This document shows positions 51,612-63,120 of a stretch of DNA of 64,000 nt, piece by piece (within the stretch, counting starts at the first letter, position 1; each line of letters starts with the position of its first letter). This DNA is from Podarcis erhardii. Its lineage: Eukaryota. The stretch is from the NCBI GenBank assembly GCA_964252035.1, contig OZ176209.1; one strand, written 5' to 3'. Both the position numbers and the translations under genes were made by a program. Below the pieces are notes generated by a model. It ran no database searches. It was not told the origin of the DNA and saw only the letters and a list, made by a program, of their open reading frames with translations.

Positions 51612-53015
51612 CTTCCACAGTTTAGACAAAATGGTTTTCAGGTTTACTTTTACACATACAAATGCAAAATTGAGGTTTACTTTGCATAACTAAAGGAAAA
51701 GTAACATAAACCTTCAATCTAGTATAAACCATTAATTTTGGGCTTTACTATTAACTAAATGCACAATCTTAGCTTGTTCAGGGACAGCAGAGAAGAAAAT
51801 TAGTGTTCAGATATTAAAACACTATTGCTATTTTTAGGCAAAACATTAGATGGTGCTCACTTCCACATTTCTCTTAAGTATAAAACAGCTTTTACTAATA
51901 TCTTACTGTAAAACACTATCATCACCATTTATATTTGCATGAAATCTTTTTCCAGCTGTTATCCAGTTTAACTTACAACCTGAAACTGGATCTTGGGAAC
52001 AGAAGGAAGATAATTCATCTTCAATTTTATCTCATTTTGCTCTCTAAGTTATCACATTTGTAAGACAAACACCTTTATTCTAGTATTACAGCTATGGGAA
52101 GAACAATGCACACTCTGCATGACCGTGATTCTATTAAGTAAATCTTAACACTAGACTGTGAAGAGGGGGGAAATATAGAAGAGATTAAATACAAATTCCT
52201 CTTCTCTTGGCACTTCCATTATTAAAACTGCTGTTGGTGGCTCTCTGCATAGGTACCTGCTTGAATGAAGAGCTATGATTTAAGTTAAGTATAATCATAT
52301 CTGAGAAATGAGAGAAGGCAGAAAAATAGCTACATCAATCAAGGTGTACTGTTTCCATGGTGTAGTGCAGGGGTCACCAATGCATCACCTACAAGCACCA
52401 GCGTGTCTGCCAATACTTCCTATGTCTGCAAAAGGTCTCAGTAAATGTCCTCTCAAAACTCCACAATGCACAAGTGACTGTTTGCTCTTCCTTTGTTTCC
52501 ACTTGTGCTGGGTTAGTCTCTCCTACACTGAACACAGCCCCTTAAACATGTCCATATTTCAGTGGATACCAGGATTGGACACCCACCCTCCCATCTTCCT
52601 ACTTTCACACTTTAACAGTTGGTAGCAACAGCTGCAGCATTAGGAGAGTAACAGGGCAAAAGCATATATTGTAGTAATGGCTGCTGTCTTTGCAGTGTTA
52701 AGTAGCTGGCAGGAAGAGGGTAGTAGGGCTGGCGAACAGAGGACTGGTGAAATGTAACTGGGTAAAAATATACTCTGTGACACTTTTATTCTAATTATTT
52801 TAACACTCACATTATTGGATTCTTAAACTGAAGCTACAGACAAACAAGACTGAAGTGCATTTGCATAGGCTTTATTTCCTCCACAGACTTTTCAAGAAGT
52901 ACCAGTCCAAAACTGCTGATCCGTTCCGTTCCTCAAAATCTTTATGCAGACATTTTCAGAGGATTGTTTTCCACATGGTGCAAAAATAGACAAGCTGTCA
53001 AATAAACCCACTTAC

Positions 53016-53119
53016 TGTGTAGCTTTGACGATATCCCATGTGCTATAATCATCAATGTGACTTTTGCGCCCAAGAGATTCACTGTATCCATGGGTATAAT
53101 GTGCTTGGGGCTTGATTTC
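53016..53119 (-). CDS. ZDHHC17: ZDHHC17 exon 2 (EIKPQAHYTHGYSESLGRKSHIDDYSTWDIVKAT)
   Basis: AG/GTAAGT boundaries, 104 nt. Exons 2-17 sum to 1806 nt in one frame; exon 1 was not found in the window. Confidence 0.96.
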
Positions 53120-55309
53120 CTACAAAAAGAAGTTCATTACACTATTAGATTCATTTTAAGATTTCTAAAACAGAAGAAAAACTCTGCTGCATCAGGCAAT
53201 TGGTCCATCCATTCCAGCATGCTATTTCCCCAGAGTGGTTGCAGCAAACCCGCTCTTAACTACAGGCTAATTTATGGTTATTTAAAGTCTGGCACTTAGA
53301 GACTTGGGGAAGTTAAACAAGAAAAAGATTTTGTTTTAGAACAAAATTGGTAAAACATAAAGTGTGCTAGGAGATAAAATTTTATCAAGAAACAGTTAAA
53401 CTTATACAGTACTGTATATCTTAAATTCAGTGGATGTTACAGACTTCTAAACAAGGTGGTATACACACAGTTTCTTCAGCTAATTATATAGGTGTTACAA
53501 CTTAGCTTCTAATACTTGGGTTCCTAAACAAGGTGGTTCTTTATGTCAGTATCCCAGTCTTCTTTAAATCACACTCCTGAGGCTTCTCTAGTAGTATAAC
53601 AGACCAAGGGATCACCATACCCCTCCAACTGGTTTGGGATTCTTCTCTTTCTCTATCCCCTTCTTACTGGAGAAAAGCTGATGGATTAGATATTAGTACA
53701 AAATGATTAAGCCACATTCTGCTTCCATCTGCCATTACGTTGAGACTAGCTGTGTCACTGCACTACCATTTTGTGACTGGTGGGCATCAGCAATTTTCAG
53801 CCACCTCTAGTGGGCCCCAGACAACCCCTGACTTAAAAGAATTATTTCAACAATTCTGTGTTGATTTCAGTGCAGTTTATACTATTTAAGGCATTTGTTT
53901 CTAAATAGCAACCTGCGCTAACTACGAGAAAGTGTAAATAAGGTATATATGAACAATCTGCAAGTGTTGACATTTGACAGAAAATGGATTTAGATTTAAC
54001 AGATGCACTAGCTTCAGGGGGGGGGGGGGTGTCAAAAGATCCACAGTTGGGAAATGTCACAAAAGTATGGAAAGTTTTCAAGTTCTCTGTGAACTCTTCC
54101 ATCAGGCTAGATGTCACACAAAGCAGGGAGTATGGCAAGTTAAAAGCTTGTCACACGTGTGTGACTTTTCGGTTTGTCCTAATAAATATACTGTCTAACT
54201 CTAGATTTTGGAATCTATTCTCATGGACCAACACAACTAGCTTTAATTTTTCAATGTAGATTTTAGGAAACCATTTTGGTTTGCTTGAAATAATTGGTAT
54301 CTAGTTTAAAACACCTACTATTAGGAGGAAGGAGATACGCAGATACACAGCAGACACAGAATATCATCATCTTTTGCATTGTGCCAAAGCTCTCCAAATT
54401 TCCAAGCTTTCTATGTAACGGAACCCTTCAACGAAATTGGAAACCACAGCCAGTGCCAGTGATGAATTCACAAAATGTACTGATGGAAGCGATTCTACAG
54501 CATTCTATTAGCCACCCCTAATTTAGGCAAAGTTGTGAACAGTAAAATGGGCCAATCCCTACATATAATGGAGATTTAGTACGAGCCACTGCTTCCCTTA
54601 TATGCATGCTTCAGTAAGATAACCCAGCTTCTGCTGCTGGATAATTTAGAAGGGTGCCTGGCAGTTGAATTATTTGGCAAGAATCTCTTCATTTCAAACC
54701 CAATTATAGATGATAACCAATCCTTCAGGATAAGAAATCCATCTAATGTCTAGTAACAAATATTCAAATTCAGTTGGGAGAAGCTGCAAAATGTACAGCA
54801 AACAGTATACTGCAAGTACTAAAGGAACATCTTGATTCCACCTCCTAAGGAAATGGAAAAACACTGCATCATTGCTTTTATTTTTCTATCCAGAGCACCA
54901 AGAATAACTCAATCTACTATAATTCCAAGATCTTCTTTCCCTTGCTGGTGACCACAAAAAGTGACACTAATCAATACATTATTGCATTCAGTCTATTAAA
55001 GATGAGGTGCCACTAGCCAGAGTTGTGGCTACTACCTTTCTAACAGTATAGCAGCTGCGTATGTAAACTCATCCTCCTCTTCCAGTGCATTGGATGCCCA
55101 GAGAACAGCTACCACAACTAGCACATCCCAAACACCTCCAACAAAGCAGGGTGTGTGGGAAAGTGTACAGAGCACACTGAGCTAAGGAGCTCTCACAGTC
55201 ACCATCAATGCGTGTTGAAGTAGAAGTGGAAAGAAGAGGAAGGAAAGGCTTGCCCTGGCCAGCTACTGCTAGGAAGGTGCTAAGCATGCAAGCACCCTCT
55301 GCCTTCTTG

Positions 55310-55519
55310 TAGTCATACCTTGGAAGCCGAACGGAATCTGTTCCGGAAGTCCATTCGACTTCCAAAACGTTCGATTTCCAAGGCACAGCTTCCAATTGGA
55401 AGCCCCACCGGACTTCCAAAAGAATGTTCGCAAACCGGAACACTCACTTCCGGGTTTGTGGAGTTCAGGAGCCAAAACGTTTGACTGCTAAGGTGTTTGT
55501 CAACCAAGGTATGACTGTA
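55310..55519. mobile_element. Tc1/mariner MITE (family A)
   Basis: tagtcataccttgg ... ccaaggtatgactgta; similar to 5181 and 28251. Confidence 0.85.
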
Positions 55520-55902
55520 TCTTCCCACAGTCCAAAAACAGTGAGGTGGAATCAAAACTGAAGGTAGTTGCAAGCAAATATGTGGAAAAGTCAGCCAGAC
55601 TGCAAGCAGGAAACAGTGGCTCAGTTTGCATGTCATTATGAAATAAAGTTAATCATTTATTAGGAACGCGCTGATTTCACCTGCTTTGCTCCTCCTCACT
55701 AGCATGACAAACAAACCACAATTTTTGGCTTAGCTTTACATCTGATTCAAAGATTGTGGCTTGTTTTGCTCAAATAATAATTTCTTGTGTATTTAGTAAA
55801 ATCCATAAACTTCTTTTTTTAACACAATCACAGTTTAATGTGACATTTGAACAAAGCCAGTAGTTAAGAGTTTTGTTTTAGCTTACAAAGTTAACGTTAA
55901 GA

Positions 55903-56038
55903 TAGGCTTGCACAACCTCGGCCCTCCAGATGTTTTTGGCCTACGACTCCCATGATCCCTAGCTAGCAGGACCAGTTGTCAGGGATGATGGGAATTGTAG
56001 TCTCAAAACATTTGGAGGGCCGAGATTGAGGAAGCCTG
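55903..56038. mobile_element. hAT MITE
   Basis: Fold-back structure with a perfect 8-bp TSD CGTTAAGA (55895-55902, 56039-56046). Confidence 0.9.
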
Positions 56039-56461
56039 CGTTAAGACTTTCAAAGACACCCCTTTTAATTATAATTATTTATTTGGGGGTTTTTTATTGT
56101 TAGTCAATGTTCTGTTGGAAATGTTCTGAGGCCTATTTGGTTATTGGGTGAGATACAAATATAATAGTGCATTGTATCTGCTAGAGAAAGGTCACCACTG
56201 GAAAGCACTTCAGCTTGGGTAAGTCAGGGCACCTGTTTTCCCCTCAATTCCCCTTATTAACTGCAGACTACGCTGTACCAGAAAAAAGCTTTTCATAAAA
56301 ACTGAGACACACTCTTCAACAATATGGAATACAATAGAGAAAGGTGCAGTAGATGTGGCCAGTAGTGGCGGTGGAGGCAGAGAGATCAGTGAAAATTGGA
56401 TGGCCTGCACTGCATAAGCAGTTTCCACTAGTGCAAAGCCACAATGGATGTAACCCAATTG

Positions 56462-56605
56462 GCTACAGTTCAGTGGCCAATCACATGCTTTGCAAGCAAA
56501 AGATCTCAGATTTAATCCCTGGCCTAGAATCTCCATGTAAAGTTGGGAAAATATTTCTTTCTGATGGATCAGTGGTCTGAGTTGGTATAAGGCAGCTTCT
56601 TATAT
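56462..56605 (+). mobile_element. Degenerate tRNA-derived squamate SINE (Squam3-like)
   Basis: gctacagttcagtggc...catgctttgcaagcaaaag...tccctggc and tail tggtctgagttggtataaggcagcttc resemble the recalled consensus. Confidence 0.6.
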
Positions 56606-58719
56606 CCCAAACCCAGTATACTCACTCGAACAATGTACTCCAATGCTTTGCTGTGGTTATACACAAATTACTCCTGCTACCAATTATCTTCGTTTAACTA
56701 ACAATTGTTTTCAGTTTGATTTCAGTTATTTATTAGTTTACAAACTTGGCCAATTATTTTGAAAGATGGAATATGCTATTAAAAAATAACTGACTACATG
56801 CGTGTAACATGGGCAAAAGGACTTCAGACTGATATTCTGTGAGTGCTAGCTTTGCATAGAAAAGAGAATATGCTAGAGATAGATCCTTAGGCTGTTTTTT
56901 CTGCAGGAGAAAGTTTGTGCCATTATAAATATAAAAACTAAATCGCTAACTGCAGAAACAAGAAGCACAATGTTTGAAACAATTTGTGAAAGCAAACAGC
57001 ACTAACAAATTGCATTTTTTCAGATATTCAAAAATAGTTCTCATAAACTAATAGAAAACAACAGGGGAATTTTATTCAGCAAGAATCAGTCATTTAACTA
57101 ACTGATTAATCCTGCACATTCTCCAATATGCTTATGCTGTTTTTACATAACAAAGGGATGGACAGATGCATGACCAGAGCTTTTAATCCAAACACTGCAT
57201 TTGGAGGTCAGAAAGATCATGTGATTTCATGCACAGCTGGCATGGAATAAGCTGTCTTTTTTTTTTTTTTAATGGACCATTCCGATTAGTTAAATTTTAC
57301 TCATTCAAGCTGAAATACACATGCATTAAAATCAATGGGAGATTTTCCTCTATTGACTTCACCAGTCCATAGAATCTGCTGTGTCAATCTATGTTTTTTT
57401 AAGAAGTATTAAAAGGGTCAAGTATTCTTGTCAAACTGTTCTTCTATACTTACATACCATCTTTAAACATTTGTTTACTGAGAACACCTCTTTAACAGCA
57501 TATGGATTTAGTTAAATTTCTAAGAATAGCATTTGTTCATGTAGCATAAATTTCAATGGGGGAAATATAACAAAGACTTTACAAAAAAAACCTGGATATA
57601 ATAGAATCTACAGTTAAGCATGCTTAAATCCTGTTGATTTCAGTAAGATTTACACGTGCTCAACTATGTAGTGTATTATTACCATCCTCAAACTTGAGTC
57701 TTTAGCTACTGTTGAACTACAACTCCCATCATCCCTATCTAGCAAGACCACTGGTCAGGGAGAGTGGAGTGGAGACCCAACTACAAGTGGAGTGGAGATC
57801 CAAGTTTGAGAAACGTTGTCCTATTCCACTGCCCCACCAGAACCATCCCAGTCTCTACTGTAGGTCTTCAGAAATGGGAGGCAGTGGGGTTGGAAAGCGG
57901 GAAAAGTTATGAAGCAGCTACACAACTAGAAAAGGAAGTTGGGGAACATGGAAGAGACATGTGGATAAAACAGCAGGGTTCTTCCATCTCTACATACACC
58001 ACACAAAATTACAAGCAGTATCAGACAGTCTTTAATATGCCACATGAAACCCTGTGTTTCACACAAAGAGCTATGTGAAGAATTAGAACAGCTGCTAGTG
58101 CTGTTTCACAGCCATTTGCAAACAAAGAGTTCCTGGTACATTCATGCAGGTAAATTATCCAGCAATTCTTTTGATTTCACTTGAGCAGCAGCCTGCACAC
58201 ATGGAAAAACCTACAGTATTTGGGTTTTAGTTTCACTTTTCTAGTTCAACACACAGGAACAGCTTTGGATCCAACCCTCTGTTGTTTTCGTTGCAATAGC
58301 ATTCATAACATTTTCTTTAAATCAGTGCAGCCTATTTTGACATAAAAGCAACTGTCCAGCAGGGAACAATGGAAAGGAGACCACTGAAAAACTTTATGGC
58401 ATGCACCAATGTTTTGTGCACATAGGCTAATGAATGTCTTACAAGCCAACTCTTAATAATTTCTGCTTCAGAAAATATACACTAGAGATGAGGCACAGTA
58501 ACTCTTAACAGAATTAAACAGTACCTTGCAGAGATAGTTCTTACACTGCAGACATGGGCTGGAGCTACCAAGTTTAGACAGAGGATCTTAGTCACATTTG
58601 TTAAATAAATACAGGTGTTTATCAAGACTACTTACTATCTCATGAACCATGTTTGAAGTTGTTTGTATAACAAAACAGTATGAATATCATATGTGCTAAT
58701 GATACTCAGTTCTGTCGTA

Positions 58720-59297
58720 TCTCAGGTGAGGCCTAAACCAGGGTCCAGATGCAGAAATGGACTGGATCCTGGCAAGACTATTGGGGGGGGGGTGGATTCC
58801 AATCCAGGAGCTGGGTGATGAAACCAACCTATTTTAGATGGAGTTGCACTCCCTGCAAAGGACTGTATATGCCATTTGAGAGTACACCGTGACTCTTCTT
58901 TGTTCATAGGAGTCCAGGTGGCTATGGTGACTAGGAGTGCCTTCTACTGGATTTGGCTGATATATCAAATGCTCCAAGTCTTGGACCAGGACAGCCTGGC
59001 TTCTGTGACCTATGCACTGGTAAATTCTAGACTGGATTACTATAATGTCCTCAATGCAAAATTCCCTTTGAGGTTGGTTTGGAAGCTGCAGTTGGTGCAG
59101 GATGCTGCAGTGAGGTTACTTGGTGGAGCATCCTACTGTGCACATACTGTACCACTCATTAAGGAGTTGCAGTGACTGTCAATGAACTACTGGGTCAACT
59201 TCAAGGTTTTGGTTTTAACCTACAAAGCTCTGAAAAATACCTGCAGGAGCCCTACTACCCTGCTTAAGCACTGTGCTCAACTGCAGAGGCCTTCTTT
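58720..59297 (+). mobile_element. Degenerate L2 3' region, left part (interrupted by the PPDPF retrocopy; resumes at about 60150-60250)
   Basis: ORFs 58876-59175 (ALVNSRLDYYN...KLQLVQDAAVRLL) and 59182+ (FKVLVLTYKAL). Confidence 0.8.
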
Positions 59298-60149
59298 ATT
59301 TTTTTTAGAAGGCTGCTCAGGATTTATTAGTTTCCATCAGTCAAGTACAAAACAAGAATTAAGTGTTAATAAGGCTTTGTTGGGTGGGGAGAGAGGGGAG
59401 AAGATGCAGCTGCATTGACAAAAAACAAAGTTGTAGAAAAGGATGGTACAGAAGATTTCTCCCCCCACCCCTTTTGTTGCCATTTTTGCTTCTATAAAAA
59501 CCTATGTCTAAGAAGTACTCAAAGCAGTTTGCTCTACTCTACAGGAAGGGGGAGTGGAAAATGGGTTCTGCCTCCTAGTGCTCAAGTCAGAAGCTTCCGG
59601 CCAGGGAGTGTCAGTCTCCTCATGCAGTGGAAACTGTATTCGGTTTGCTGGGCTCACTGGTGTAGCACTTCCACATCACATCCTGAGCCAGGCCACATGT
59701 AATCATGCAGTTTGCCATCTTTAAAGTTCCTGGGTTCTCTAGGGATTCCAACACAGTTGTCATGACTGGGTGGGTCATCTTTCCAAAGAAGCAGCTGGCC
59801 CACCAGTGCCCAGGGTCAGACTTGGGGAGACCTGGATGGTGAGGGATGTCTTCCCCATAATCAGCACTTCCACAGGAGCTGTGGCTAGAAGTGGAACCCA
59901 CACGCCTTTGGCAGCAGTCGTGGCTTGCCACAAGGGAGCCGCTTAGCGGTACTGCTGCCATGTTTCTTTGTTCGTGTGCAAGTTGTAACCCCTTTAAGAC
60001 TTAACGCTGCGCTCAGCAAAATCCTAGCCGTTTCAGACCACAGGTGACCTGGCTCGGGGGTGGGGGCTAGGTGATGGAGCCCATTTGCAAAGGAGATACT
60101 AGGAGTACACTCCACGCACACCCAAAAACATCGAGGCGTGTATGGATTT
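59298..60149 (-). mobile_element. Processed PPDPF mRNA insertion (852 nt: about 188 nt leader, ORF, about 313 nt 3' UTR, A-tail)
   Basis: AATAAA at 59328-59323, A8 tail at 59306-59299, flanking direct repeats CAGAGGCC(T/C)TCTTT at 59284-59297 and 60150-60163. Confidence 0.9.
59620..59961 (-). CDS. PPDPF: Intronless PPDPF-like ORF, 113 aa (retrocopy of pancreatic progenitor cell differentiation and proliferation factor); retrogene or young processed pseudogene
   Basis: MAAVPLSGSLVASHDCCQRRVGSTSSHSSC...IPHHPGLPKSDPGHWWASCFFGK aligns end to end with recalled human PPDPF (MAAIPSSGSLVATHDYYRRRLGSTSSNSSC...IPHPPGLPKADPGHWWASFFFGK). Strong Kozak context aacATGG; no stops or frameshifts. Functional status is unknown. 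Confidence 0.85.
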   Translation of the reverse strand: MAAVPLSGSLVASHDCCQRRVGSTSSHSSCGSADYGEDIPHHPGLPKSDPGHWWASCFFGKMTHPVMTTVLESLENPGTLKMANCMITCGLAQDVMWKCYTSEPSKPNTVSTA

Positions 60150-60284
60150 CAGAGGCCCTCTTTGTTGTGCCACAATCTTGTTTAGTGACAACTAGTATCC
60201 GCCATAGCTGCCCACTTCCTATTGAATTACTTCTTTATGGAGCACCAATAAGCACAAAATGCTAAGGAAATTTCTGTATTTGCA

Positions 60285-60590
60285 GGCCAACTATGGGAAG
60301 CCTGCAAGCAAGAACCAAGTGGAGCAGTACTCTCCCCACTTGTGATGCCCAGCAAATGGCATCAGGTACAGTGCCTCTGACTGTGGAGGTAGAACACAGC
60401 CATCATGACTAACAGTTATTAATAGATCAATCCACCACGAATTTGTCTAATCCTTTATTAAATCCATTAAAGTTTATGGCCATCACTTAATCTTTGGGGA
60501 GCAAGATCTAGAAGTAAACTATGTACAGAGTGAAAAAGTATTTTCTTTTGTTTGTGCTGAATCTTTCAACATTCAACTTTTCTTGGGTGG
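60285..60590 (+). mobile_element. CR1-like LINE fragment
   Basis: tgggaagcctgcaagcaag...gcctctgactgtggaggtagaacacagccatcatgac resembles recalled squamate CR1 3' sequence; related to 62895-63120. Confidence 0.55.
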
Positions 60591-60934
60591 CCACCAGTAG
60601 CATCTCTCCTACATAAAGAAAATACCTTAAGAAACCATGTTTTGGAAAAAGCTGAGGATATACACTTTAACTTACAGCAGCAATCTAGAGAATGTTAAAC
60701 ATCTCATGAACTCAATCACACTCTTGATCAGTCTCAACTTAGAACCACACACACGTAGAACCACACACTATAAGAAGACTACTTAAATCAACCATCAGTC
60801 TTCCAGTTCTGACATCTCTGTTAAGTTTTAGTTTGATCTAAAAAAGACCAGGAATTGAGAATGTTTAGATCCAGCCCCTCCTCTCTCCACCTGCTTCCCC
60901 ATTATCTTAGTTTCCCTTTAACATTTCATTATTA

Positions 60935-62602
60935 CCATATTTTTCGCCCTATAGGACGCACTTTTTCTCCTCCAAAAATGAAGGGGAAATGTGTGTGCGT
61001 CCTATGGGGTGGATGTAGGCTTTCGCTGAAGCCTGGAGAGGGGTTCCCACGGAAGGCGCCCACTCCGTCTCCGGCAGGGACGCGTCGCGTGGGGAGCCTC
61101 CGCCTGGGCGGGAGACGAGGCGATGCCGGGGCGTCCGGCCGAGCTCCGCAGTGCCTGCAGCCGCACTTGTTGCTGCTTCTGGAAAGACGAGCTGCTCCTG
61201 ACGCGGGGAGAACCAGGGACATGCAGCCGATACCCCTCTGGCCCTGGCCAGGTGAGCTGGCGGGCAGGTTGGGTGGCCAAGCGGGGTTGGTTGGGGGAGC
61301 AGGCGGGCGCGCAGCGTGGGGCCACCGAGCCACCCAACGGGAGAGCCGAGCGCAGCCCCTGCAGGAGGACAGCGGGGCGCCGCCCATGGAGAGCCCCGCC
61401 GCGCTGGAGGACGCACTCCTCGGCTGCCCACCCACCTCGGGGCTGCCTGGCGTTGTGCGTCCGGCTGGCCCTCTTTCCTTGGAAGCGGTGCAGGCTGCGA
61501 GGGAAGGGGGGATCCCAGATCTCTGCCCGGTACAGCAGGTCTGAGTCCCGGACGCAGCTGAGCTGGGGTGGGTGGCGGGAGGCACCGGGGAAAGAAGCCA
61601 GAGAGGTTCGGGAGGGATCTCCCAACTTATATTCGGAGCGCTGCGGAGGGAGGGGGACTTGCGCGCTTAAGGCGGCAAAGAGCCGCTTGCAAAACAACCG
61701 CTGATCTTTCGGCACTTCGCATTAGCAGAGGGGGTGGCGAGGGGAAGCATCTGCCCAAGGAGCGGCGGGAGGGGAGGCATTGCTTGTTCTTGTTTCGTTA
61801 GCCTTCCGGATTTGCCTGCTTCTGGTGGCGCTTTGGGGCTGATCACCGTGCGCCTGCTTATCACTTGTGGACTTGTTGCTTGGAGACGCCCAGCTCCAGC
61901 TGTGCTAACTTTCTCCGCTGAAGTGCAGTGCGCCTGAGTCAGCTTCGAAGCAGACGAAGAGTTCTGCTTGCCGCCTGTGACTCGCCCGGATGGCTCATTC
62001 ACGGGCAAGTCACTGCAAAAAAACCGGGGATATGCCTTCTTAGCCCCGCCGGAGTACTTTTTAAAAGGCATTGAGCCTTAAAGCTAGAGAGGTAAAGGAA
62101 GCAACACTCCAAGTGAACGACTGCAGACTTCTTTGCCTTTGCAAATGCATCATTTGTCAGACTTCTGAAATGTCAGTTTATGCATCATTGCTTTGGCTAT
62201 GGTGCGGACCCCTCCCAAAGTTTTTATAAATAACACAGAACAATTTAAAGTGCTTGGTTGTCAGGGTGCTGCATCATTTTCAGGGACTGTCTCTTAATTC
62301 TGGACATCACTGCCCCATAAGGAGCACGCTCCCATATTCACAACTGCTAGGCACTGTAGAGACTTCTTAGGATGGAAACCTTATCAGTGCTGGTTGTGTA
62401 TAAACTTTCTGAGCAGTCAATTATTTGTAGCGAAGCTGTGTTTTGTGGTTGCTTTTTTAAAAAGTGGGTTAAACTTAAGACTCTGTAAAAGGAAGGTATT
62501 ACCTGTGGGTTCTGAGATCTTTTTTCTGATTTTTTTTCTCTTTATTTCCCCCCCAAAAAACTAGGTGCGCCCTATGGGCATCCTATAGGGCGAAAAATAC
62601 GG
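60935..62602. mobile_element. 1668-bp TA-flanked TIR element (family B, inverted relative to 26541-27072) carrying CpG-rich cargo
   Basis: TA-CCATATTTTTCGCCCTATAGGACGCAC ... CCTATAGGGCGAAAAATACGG-TA. Both subterminal regions match the 26541 element; the interior does not. No transposase ORF recognised. Confidence 0.85.
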
Positions 62603-62894
62603 TATATATCCATTATTAAAATGATTTAGCTATCATTAAAAGGTTAATCAACATTCAATGGCCGGATAGCCTTTAAATGTATCATATGTGGCTTTCTCAA
62701 CAAAATACTACTTGTAGTGGAGCATGAAAATAACTACACAGAAAAAGTATTATGGCTTTCATTAATTGTAGATACATAACTACACCATGCATGGACATCG
62801 CTGAGAACACAGGCCCAGATACAACAATCAAAAATTGTCTTCTTTTTCCCCTTTTCTTTTTTGACATTCAGTGAATGTGTTCAGGGATCATGCT

Positions 62895-63120
62895 AAACCA
62901 CAGTTTAGCATCATGGGAATGAGCTGCAGTGAGCCTTAGACTCAAGGCAGCAATGCTTCTGAATATCAGCTGCTGGAAACCACAAAAGGGGAGAGTGCTC
63001 TTGTACTTGAATCCTGATTGCAAGTTTCCCACAGGCAGTCACTATGAGAACAGGATACTGAACTAGATGGGCCACTGGCCTGATCCAGCAGAGTCTTCTT
63101 ACGTGCTTACATGTTCCATC
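62895..63120 (-). mobile_element. CR1-like LINE fragment
   Basis: Minus strand reads gtaagaagactctgctggatcaggccagtggcccatctagttcagtatcctg. Confidence 0.6.

Noticed and set aside
60855-62071. Long overlapping ORFs (229, 217, 237, 193, 134 aa) and the GC-rich island as a gene or as ZDHHC17 exon 1
   Set aside because: Multi-frame, both-strand ORFs are expected in very GC-rich DNA. None encodes the expected MQREEGFNTKMADG-type exon 1, and the region is enclosed by transposon TIRs.
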